Shown here piece after piece: positions 56,851-64,000 of a stretch of 64,000 bases of DNA. Under the pieces are notes generated by a model, which did not search any database, was not told the origin of the DNA, and was given only the letters and a program-made list of their open reading frames with translations. The first letter of the stretch is position 1, and each line of letters starts with the position of its first letter. Origin of the DNA: Candidatus Zhuqueibacterota bacterium (lineage in GTDB: Bacteria > Zhuqueibacterota > Zhuqueibacteria > Thermofontimicrobiales > Thermofontimicrobiaceae). The DNA lies in the NCBI GenBank assembly GCA_049322915.1, contig JBMOPW010000001.1, forward strand, positions 78,193 through 142,192, given 5' to 3'. A program made the translations under genes and the position numbers.

Positions 56851-57432
56851 ATGAGTAAAGGTATGACGATATTTCTGATTATTCTGGCGGTGATCGTCGT
56901 TGGCGTTATTATGGCTGCGCTTTCAGTGAAAAATATGTATAACAGCCTCGTCGTGATGGATGAGGATGTCAATAAAGCATGGGCTCAGGTGGAAAACGTC
57001 TTGCAGCGTCGCTATGACCTGATTCCCAATCTGGTCGAAACAGTGAAGGGATATGCCAGTCACGAAAAAGAGGTGTTGACCGAAGTGACAAAAGCCCGCG
57101 CCAGCGTTGGCGGAGCAACCACTCCCAGCGAAATGATGAAGGCAAATAATGAGCTTTCCAGCGCATTGTCCCGGTTGCTGGTGGTTGTGGAAAGCTATCC
57201 GGATTTGAAAGCGAACGAGAATTTCATCCGCTTGCAGGATGAACTCGCTGGCACCGAAAATCGGATTGCAGTGGAACGAAAACGTTACAACGATACAGTG
57301 GGCGTCTTCAACCAGCGCATTCGCCGCTTCCCGACAAATATCATTGCCGGCATGTTCAATTTAGTCAAGCGGGATTATTTTGAAGCGCCGGAAGCTGCCA
57401 AAGAAGCACCAAAAGTGGATTTCAGCAAGTAA
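56851..57432 (+). CDS. lemA: LemA family protein
   Basis: N-terminal transmembrane helix; QRRYDLIPNLVETVKGY; YPDLKA; TENRI..ER.RYN. Confidence 0.95.
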   Translation: MSKGMTIFLIILAVIVVGVIMAALSVKNMYNSLVVMDEDVNKAWAQVENVLQRRYDLIPNLVETVKGYASHEKEVLTEVTKARASVGGATTPSEMMKANNELSSALSRLLVVVESYPDLKANENFIRLQDELAGTENRIAVERKRYNDTVGVFNQRIRRFPTNIIAGMFNLVKRDYFEAPEAAKEAPKVDFSK

Positions 57433-57660
57433 GAATTCCTGTATAAATGATTTTCCAAGACAAATGGATCTGGCGGATTTTTCAATCGACATCGATATTT
57501 GAAAAATCCGTCCTGATCCAATCGAGTGGTTCATGAGTCCTTTTCCCAATTCAATCTGTAAACAGAGGCGTCCGTGAAGATGAAAATAAACGGGGAAAGC
57601 GGTTGTGACCGATGAATTTCAGGACTGGTCACGGGTTTCAAATTCATTGTTGAAAATATA

Positions 57661-58527
57661 ATGAATAAAAAAAATCTTCTCTTCATTTCCCTGATGTCTT
57701 TTCTGCTTTTTCAATGCAGCGTTCAACGGCTGGCAGTCCGCTCCATGTCTGGAATTTTGCAGGACAATCTGACGGCTCTCTACGAAGAGACAGACCTGGT
57801 TCTTGCGGAACAGGCCATTACTTCTGATTTGAAGCTCCTCGAAGGACTGATAAAATCCGATCCGGAAAATGAACATTTGTTGTTGATGGCCTGCCAGGGA
57901 TTTTCGGCCTATGCTATGGGATTTGTGGAAGATACTGATCCGGTCCGCGCTCAGCGATTGTACCTGCGCGGCAAAAACTACGGCTTGAAAATTCTCAGTA
58001 AACACAGCCGGATTCAGGACGCGCTGACAGGGCCGATTGAAAAATTCCAATCCGTGGTCACGAAATTTTCCAAAAACGAACTCCCGGCGCTTTTCTGGAC
58101 GGCCAATAGCTGGGGCAGTTACATCAATCTGAACATGGATAATCCAGGCGCGCTGGTCGATCTGCCCCGTGTTCAGCTTTTAATGAACCGCGTGATTGAA
58201 TTGGATGAATCGTATTACTTCGGCTCGGCTCATTTGTTTTTCGCCACGCTTTATGCAGTGCGTCCGCCGATTTTAGGCGGCGATTTGAAGAAAGCCGCCC
58301 ATCATTTCGACGTGTGTTTCAAGTATGCTGATGAAAAATTTCTATTGCCGTATGCGTATTACGCGAAATATTATTTGACGCGCCAGTTTGAGCAGGAGCA
58401 ATTCCGAAACACGCTGAACAAGGTACTAGAAGCGCCGGAGGACATTTTGCCCGGCCAGCAATTGCCCAATGCCATTGCGAAACAGAAAGCGAAGCAATTG
58501 TTAGCAAGGGAAACGGAATTTTTTTAA
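57661..58527 (+). CDS. tatT: TRAP transporter TatT component (lipoprotein)
   Basis: Lipoprotein-like signal ending in Cys; ETDLVLA; LYLRGKNYG; ALFWTA..W; PPILGG; lies upstream of dctPQM. Confidence 0.85.
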   Translation: MNKKNLLFISLMSFLLFQCSVQRLAVRSMSGILQDNLTALYEETDLVLAEQAITSDLKLLEGLIKSDPENEHLLLMACQGFSAYAMGFVEDTDPVRAQRLYLRGKNYGLKILSKHSRIQDALTGPIEKFQSVVTKFSKNELPALFWTANSWGSYINLNMDNPGALVDLPRVQLLMNRVIELDESYYFGSAHLFFATLYAVRPPILGGDLKKAAHHFDVCFKYADEKFLLPYAYYAKYYLTRQFEQEQFRNTLNKVLEAPEDILPGQQLPNAIAKQKAKQLLARETEFF

Positions 58528-58577
58528 AAATGGTTGGCCTATTCGCGGTCAGAAAATGCATGGCAGAGGAGCCAGTC

Positions 58578-59501
58578 ATGCCCGAATACCCGGACATAAC
58601 AATTTACATTGAACGAATGCATGCGCTTGTGATGGGACAGCCATTGCAGGACATCCGGCTGGCCAGTCCGTTTTTCCTGCGCACGTTCGATCCGCCCATC
58701 GATTCGCTGAAAGGTGCCATCCTGCGGGACATTGAACGACTGGGGAAGCGCATCATCTTCGTCTTTGACGATGAACGATTTTTGGTGCTCCACCTGATGA
58801 TTGCCGGCCGCCTGAAATGGGCCGGGATCGGGATGAAAATCCCGGCCAGAATCGGTTTGGCGGCGCTGGATTTTCCCAACGGGGCGCTGCTGCTCACCGA
58901 AGCCGGCACCAAAAAACAGGCGTCGCTGTACTTCGTGAAGAACAGGTTCAATGTGGATGCCTTTGACCGGGGCGGACTGGAAATTTTCGATGCGAGCCTG
59001 GGCCAATTCAAAGCAAGGCTGCAAAGCGAAAACCATACGCTGAAACGCTCCCTCACGGATCCGACGCTGTTCAGCGGCATCGGCAATGCCTATTCCGACG
59101 AAATTCTGCACCGCGCCAGGCTTTCGCCCATACTGCTTACCGAAAAACTGACGGACGATCAGATCGAAAAACTGTACCTCGCAGTCAGACAAACGCTGCA
59201 GGAGTGGACCGATAAATTGCGCGCGGAAGCCGGCATCGGATTCCCGGAACATGTGACCGCGTTTCGGGAGGATATGAAAGTGCACGGCCGCTACGGCAAG
59301 CCCTGCCCGGACTGCGGCACGCCGGTGCAGCGAATTCGCTATGCCGCCAATGAAACCAATTATTGTCCGACGTGCCAGACCAATGGCATTCTATTAGCCG
59401 ATCGATCGCTGTCGCGATTATTGAAAAAGGACTGGCCCAGATCCCTTGAGGAACTGGAAGAGAAGAAAAATGTGAACCAGTCCCTGCGACACCATGACTG
59501 A
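58578..59501 (+). CDS. mutM: Fpg/Nei family DNA glycosylase
   Basis: N-terminal MPEYPD; RLGKR; HLMIAGR; H2TH SGIGNAYSDE; zinc finger CPDC...CPTCQ. Confidence 0.92.
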   Translation: MPEYPDITIYIERMHALVMGQPLQDIRLASPFFLRTFDPPIDSLKGAILRDIERLGKRIIFVFDDERFLVLHLMIAGRLKWAGIGMKIPARIGLAALDFPNGALLLTEAGTKKQASLYFVKNRFNVDAFDRGGLEIFDASLGQFKARLQSENHTLKRSLTDPTLFSGIGNAYSDEILHRARLSPILLTEKLTDDQIEKLYLAVRQTLQEWTDKLRAEAGIGFPEHVTAFREDMKVHGRYGKPCPDCGTPVQRIRYAANETNYCPTCQTNGILLADRSLSRLLKKDWPRSLEELEEKKNVNQSLRHHD

Positions 59502-59527
59502 GTCTAACCTGTAGTGTGGAGTTCTCC

Positions 59528-60535
59528 ATGAGAAGATATATCGCGTTTCTATTCGTTTTTACTTTGTTGAGTTCCCTGGCTCATGCCCAGAAATACCAGA
59601 TCAAATTCGCCAGCCTCGCCCCGGATGGATCAACCTGGATGAAGGTGATGCGCGAACTGGATCAGGCCATTCGGGAGAAGACCAATAACGAAGTCGGATT
59701 CAAACTTTACCCGGGCGGCGTTGCCGGCGATGAAAAGGATGTGCTGCGGAAGATCCGGCTGGGGCAATTGCACAGCGCAGGATTCACCGGCGTTGGCCTC
59801 GGCGAAATATATCCGGCAGTGCGCATTCTGGACTCTCCGTTCCTGGGCCGCAATTACGAGGAGGTTGATTATATTGCCAATCTTTTCTATGACAAATTCG
59901 CTGCCGGATTTGAGAAGAACGGATACATCTTATTGGGCTGGGCCGACGTTGGATTTGTTTACATTTTCACCAATACCCCGGTGCATTCTCTGGACGATAT
60001 GAAGCGCGTTAAAATGTGGATGTGGGAAGGCGATCCTGTTGCCGAAGCGACATTCAAAGCCATGGGCGTCAATCCAATTCCGCTTTCGGTGATCGATGTG
60101 ATGATGGCTTTGCAGACCAAAATGGTCGATGGCGTGTACATTTCTCCTATGGCCATGATCGCGCTGCAATGGTTCACTCAGGTGAAATACATGATGGAAG
60201 TGCCGCTTACGAACGCGGCCGGCGCGGTGCTCATTTCGAAGCGCATGTTTGATTCCATGCCCCAATCCTACCAGACGCTGGTGAAAGAGACGTCCCGGGG
60301 GTATTTCAAAACATTGCTGGATTTAAGCCGCAAAGAAAACATCGAGTCGATAAAGACACTGAAAGCAAACGGCATCCAGATGGTGCCTCCGCCGCCGGAG
60401 GAACAGATGAATTTCTTCTACGAAAAAGGAAGACAAGCGAGACGCCTCATGGTCGGCGCGTTGTATCCATTGGAATTGGTCGATGATGTGGAAAAAGCGC
60501 TGGCGGACTTTCGCAGCCAGAGCAATCGGCCGTGA
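59528..60535 (+). CDS. dctP: TRAP substrate-binding protein DctP (TatP type)
   Basis: IKFASLAPDGSTW, YPGGVAGDE, KIRLGQL, KMWMWEGDP. Confidence 0.92.
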   Translation: MRRYIAFLFVFTLLSSLAHAQKYQIKFASLAPDGSTWMKVMRELDQAIREKTNNEVGFKLYPGGVAGDEKDVLRKIRLGQLHSAGFTGVGLGEIYPAVRILDSPFLGRNYEEVDYIANLFYDKFAAGFEKNGYILLGWADVGFVYIFTNTPVHSLDDMKRVKMWMWEGDPVAEATFKAMGVNPIPLSVIDVMMALQTKMVDGVYISPMAMIALQWFTQVKYMMEVPLTNAAGAVLISKRMFDSMPQSYQTLVKETSRGYFKTLLDLSRKENIESIKTLKANGIQMVPPPPEEQMNFFYEKGRQARRLMVGALYPLELVDDVEKALADFRSQSNRP

Positions 60536-60714
60536 GGTTACAGACCAATTGACAGAAAATTTAACATGATGACAGGCGACTTGCGGACTGCCGGGATGCC
60601 AGGCGAGTTTTTGAACTGACGGTTGATTCCTGTGACGACCCCGGTTTCGGACCTGCAATGATTCAGTCAGCTTCAACACAAATTTCAGGCAAACAACTGA
60701 AACAGCGACGACAG

Positions 60715-61218
60715 ATGAAATATATCCAAATCCTCAATAGATCCTTAGCGTTCATCGAAAAGAGTTTTCTCATTTTCATTCTCACTTCTATGATTATATT
60801 GGCCTTTGTGCAGGTGTTGCTGAGGAATTTTTTCTCGACATCGTTGCTCTGGGGCGATACGCTGCTGCGGCATCTTGTCCTGTGGGTTGGATTTTTGGGG
60901 GCGTCTCTGGCGGCGAAAGAGAATAAGCATATCAGTATCGATGTGCTCTCCCGGTTATTACCGGCGATGTGGAAGCGCGTGGTCGGTGTGGCGGTCAATT
61001 TTTCCTCGGCCGTCGTTTGCTATTTCCTGATGCGCGCGGCAATGACGTTCGTTCAGTTCGAGAAACAAGGCGGGGCCACGCTCATCCCCCATGTCCCGAT
61101 CTGGTTTTTTCAGTCCATCATCATCATCGGCTTCGGTCTGTTGATGTTCCGTTTTGGCATCAATGCGGTCGAGACCATGGTTTCGGCCGGCAAATCAGCC
61201 GGGGAGGCCAGGTCATGA
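60715..61218 (+). CDS. dctQ: TRAP small permease
   Basis: Four transmembrane helices; QVLLRN; LWVGFLGASLA....HISID. Confidence 0.92.
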   Translation: MKYIQILNRSLAFIEKSFLIFILTSMIILAFVQVLLRNFFSTSLLWGDTLLRHLVLWVGFLGASLAAKENKHISIDVLSRLLPAMWKRVVGVAVNFSSAVVCYFLMRAAMTFVQFEKQGGATLIPHVPIWFFQSIIIIGFGLLMFRFGINAVETMVSAGKSAGEARS

Positions 61219-62492
61219 TGGCGATGATTTGGGGTGTTCTGCTCATTCTGTTGGCTCTGTTCGGCGCGCCGCTGTTTGTCATTCTCGGCGCGATTGCGCT
61301 ATTGGCGTTCCATTCGCTGGGCATCGATACGTCCGCTGTCATTGTCGAACTATATCGAATCACCAGCGCGCCTACCTTGCTGGCTATCCCGTTATTCACA
61401 TTTGCCGGCTATGTCCTGGCTGACAGCAACACACCCAAGCGGCTGGTGAATCTCTCGCGGGCACTGGTCGGCTGGTTGCCCGGCGGGCAGGCCATCGTGG
61501 CTCTGGTCACCTGCGCTTTTTTTACTGCATTTACCGGCGCATCCGGCGTGACCATTGTGGCGCTGGGCGGACTGCTGTATCCTATTCTTCGCAGCGAAGG
61601 CTACCCTGAAAAATTTTCACTGGGACTGCTCACCTCCTCCGGGAGCCTGGGGCTGTTGTTCCCGCCGAGCCTGCCGATTATCCTTTACGGATTCATTGCC
61701 AAAGTCAATATTGATCAATTATTTTTAGCCGGAATTCTGCCGGGCACCTTGCTAATAGTCCTGCTTTCGGTGTACAGCGTCAATCGCGGCACGGCTGCCT
61801 CCATCGTTCGAATTCCGTTTAGCTGGAAAAATCTATATCGCGCCACGCGGGACGCAATCTGGGAAATCCCGCTGCCATTCATAATCGTCGGCGGAATTTA
61901 TGCCGGCTTTTTTACAGCAACTGAAGCAGCGGCAGTCACGGCATTCTACGTTATTTTCATCGAGGTTTTCATCTATCGGGATTTGAAATTATTCAAAGAC
62001 ATCCCCCGAATTATGAAAGAGAGCATGCTGCTTGTGGGCGGCATCATCGTCATTCTTGGCGCGGCCATGGGATTGACCAATTATCTCATCGATGAACAGG
62101 TGCCGATGAAAATACTGGATTTCATGCAAACTTTCGTTCATAGTAAATTCATTTTCCTCATCATATTAAATATCCTCCTGCTCATCGTCGGTTGCCTCAT
62201 GGATATGTTCTCTGCAATCATCGTGGTCGTTCCGCTGATTGTCCCCATTGCCTTGCAGTACGGCGTCGACCCGGTGCATCTTGGCGTGATCTTTCTGACC
62301 AATCTGGAAATCGGCTATTCGACTCCCCCTGTGGGATTGAATCTCTTCATCTCCAGCTTTCGATTCAATAAGCCGGTCGTGCAACTGTATCTGGCCTCGC
62401 TGCCGTTCATCGCGATTCTGTTTGTTGCCCTGATGCTGATCACCTATCTGCCTGACCTCAGCCTGTGGCTGGTTCATCTATTTTCCCAATAA
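61215..62492 (+). CDS. dctM: TRAP large permease
   Basis: LLAIPLF, FTGASG, LGLLFPPS, DPVHLG, TPPVGLNLF. GGAGG precedes ATG 61215. Confidence 0.94.
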   Translation: MMAMIWGVLLILLALFGAPLFVILGAIALLAFHSLGIDTSAVIVELYRITSAPTLLAIPLFTFAGYVLADSNTPKRLVNLSRALVGWLPGGQAIVALVTCAFFTAFTGASGVTIVALGGLLYPILRSEGYPEKFSLGLLTSSGSLGLLFPPSLPIILYGFIAKVNIDQLFLAGILPGTLLIVLLSVYSVNRGTAASIVRIPFSWKNLYRATRDAIWEIPLPFIIVGGIYAGFFTATEAAAVTAFYVIFIEVFIYRDLKLFKDIPRIMKESMLLVGGIIVILGAAMGLTNYLIDEQVPMKILDFMQTFVHSKFIFLIILNILLLIVGCLMDMFSAIIVVVPLIVPIALQYGVDPVHLGVIFLTNLEIGYSTPPVGLNLFISSFRFNKPVVQLYLASLPFIAILFVALMLITYLPDLSLWLVHLFSQ

Positions 62493-62846
62493 TGCAACGC
62501 CTCTCATCCTTCTGAACTCCACTTTCACGCGCTAATTCGTAGCTGTTCTTTGTTGGGGCTTTCACACAGGCCTCGGCGCGAATGGCCCTGCTGCGATGTC
62601 AGCATCATTGGGATAATTCTAATCACCCGGCGCTCTTTTCCCCAATCCGCAACAGGTTCCCGGCTCCTCATGGCGATATAGTTCGAGACTATGGATATCG
62701 TTCCATAGAATCTATTTCTCACCTATGACTGCAAATCCCCAATTCACTGACAGAAAACAGAATGTCCTGCAGGGTGTGCCGTTCTTTTTCTTTTAAAATT
62801 AGCATGATACAGCGTTACAATTCTTCAGCAATGCGGTTCGTGCGAC

Positions 62847-62862
62847 AGGCATGGAATTTGTA
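62847..62862 (+). promoter_or_regulatory. Possible variant sigma54 promoter upstream of the pilin-like gene
   Basis: AGGCATGGAATTTGTA = GG-N10-GT (non-consensus -12). Confidence 0.3.
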
Positions 62863-63030
62863 TTCTCCCAGTGGCGACAAATTCAGTGGAAGCATCGTCG
62901 ATAATCATAAATTTTTATTTCGAATCTTAAAAGAAAACTCACGTTTATCAAGGAGGTGATGACGCTCTCAAAGTTTCTGTTGAGTAATTCATAATTCAAA
63001 AACGAAGGTAAAACGAAATGGAGGATCTAA

Positions 63031-63462
63031 ATGGGACAACAACAATTATTGCTCATCGTACTCGGAATTGTCATAGTCGGTATTGCTATCGCAGTTGGGG
63101 TGACCCAATTTAAGAGCAGTGCAGTGGAATCGAACCGGCAGAATGTCATTAGTGATTTGCTGAACTATTCGGCCAAAGCGCAGCGATATTATAAAACGCC
63201 GACTGCGTTGGCTGGCGGCGGGCAGAATTTTAATGGATTCTTCCTCGCAGCAGTTGACACGGGCAATGCCAATGGCAGCTATAGCGTCACTGCAACAGCG
63301 CCAAGCGGCACAGCGTACGTCGCCGGTGCGGTTACTGCGATTTCAGCGTCTGCCACGACGATTTACATTGTCGGCTGTGGGAAAGAACAGAATGCAAGCA
63401 ATTACGTCAAAGCCTATGCAACTGTTACCGCGGACAATATTACCACGACAATTTTGAACTGA
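63031..63462 (+). CDS. Pilin-like protein with MG-QQQLLL N-terminus
   Basis: RBS GGAGG; hydrophobic N-terminal helix continuing into an amphipathic helix; small Ala/Thr/Gly-rich globular part; followed by a pilC-like gene. Confidence 0.7.
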   Translation: MGQQQLLLIVLGIVIVGIAIAVGVTQFKSSAVESNRQNVISDLLNYSAKAQRYYKTPTALAGGGQNFNGFFLAAVDTGNANGSYSVTATAPSGTAYVAGAVTAISASATTIYIVGCGKEQNASNYVKAYATVTADNITTTILN

Positions 63463-63758
63463 TGTCACCTGGAATATTGCTGCCAGGCATCTGGTAAAAA
63501 AAATGGCAAGGGGGAGGGGTAACAATATAATCCATAGTAACAATATCACAACGTAAAATCTTTGGGTTGAATCATGCTGCCGACACGCATTGTGTCTCCA
63601 GGTATCGATTGGATAAGCTACCCCTGGGCTGTTCACGTAATATTTCGAATGACTGCCCCGGGGTTTTTTATTGAAAACCAGAAAGTAATGTCCGAGCGAA
63701 TCAGGCTCGTCGTCCCTATAGCGACTGGAACTGTTCATAAAAGGATACTCATTGGCCT

Positions 63759-64000
63759 ATGTCTGAATTTCGATTTGAAGGGAATGCCGTCAGAGGCAAT
63801 CGGGTGCAGGGAATTATCGCTGCGGAAAATTTTCAAACGGCGAAGAAGAAAATTCAGAAAATCGCCGAGGTGAAGAATATCCGGGTTCAACGCATCCAGA
63901 AAAAGAAAACATACATCTTCAAAATCCAGAAGAAAGATGACAGGCCCATGAGCGGCGAGCAGAAAGGTTTTACCAAAGAAGAGGTAAAGCGCGCGCTTGA
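63759..64000 (+). CDS. 5' part of a PilC/GspF-family platform protein (runs off the window)
   Basis: Not in the ORF track. Hand translation gives MSEFRFEGNAVRGNRVQGIIAAENFQTAKKKIQKIAEVKNIRVQRIQKKKTYIFKIQKKDDRPMSGEQKGFTKEEVKRAL, which resembles the PilC N-terminal pattern (F.Y.....G....G...A). Confidence 0.6.
   Translation, partial: MSEFRFEGNAVRGNRVQGIIAAENFQTAKKKIQKIAEVKNIRVQRIQKKKTYIFKIQKKDDRPMSGEQKGFTKEEVKRAL

Noticed and set aside
63574..63873. 99-aa ORF in the track
   Set aside because: It overlaps the better-supported pilC-like frame starting at 63759.
1..64000. CRISPR array, rRNA, tRNA, tmRNA, RNase P RNA
   Set aside because: I saw no regularly spaced repeat-spacer array and none of the hallmark motifs (T-arm GTTCGA with CCA end, GAGGAAAGTCC, rRNA conserved blocks) on either strand by eye.

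Overview
This 64 kb window is bacterial chromosome. The gene set (T9SS/FlgD-type sorting domains, GWxTD, PorV-like barrel, LptD-like protein, MGQQQ-type pilin) suggests an FCB-group organism such as KSB1 or Calditrichota; that assignment is inference. From left to right it holds: a GxxExxY gene and a frameshifted KilA-N gene; a redox cluster (GltD-like flavoprotein, NAD(P)/FAD oxidoreductase, korAB, three tandem rubrerythrin-like genes, MenA-like prenyltransferase, cytochrome b5 protein); secreted and envelope proteins; an operon from dipeptide epimerase through dacB, adenylate cyclase, PorV-TPR and CotH; mazG; an AT-rich sigma54 / poly-proline peptide island; glnA, a HAD phosphatase, rarA and lptD; a ~17 kb minus-strand signalling and morphogenesis locus; TPM, nucleotidyltransferase and lemA; a TPAT-type TRAP transporter interrupted by mutM; and a pilin-like gene followed by the start of pilC. 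The standout is the locus at 36.8-52.3 kb. It encodes an FtsZ outside any dcw cluster that looks archaeal (FtsZ1-like), has intact GTPase motifs, lacks the bacterial FtsA/SepF-binding tail and ends instead in an Hpt (CheA-P1)-like domain. Two neighbouring proteins are built from tandem Hpt-like domains, and only one of the five such domains keeps the His. The locus also has a lytic transglycosylase, an orphan ParA, a REC-PATAN(DUF4388) protein behind a sigma54 promoter, a sigma54 activator, two histidine kinases and a diguanylate cyclase. This looks like an undescribed phosphorelay-coupled tubulin-family system. Also found: two candidate large structured ncRNAs (about 24.7-25.05 kb and 42.43-42.93 kb) and a 161-bp MITE with a target-site duplication. 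No rRNA, tRNA or CRISPR array was seen. All domain calls are by-eye motif recognition; no database searches were run.
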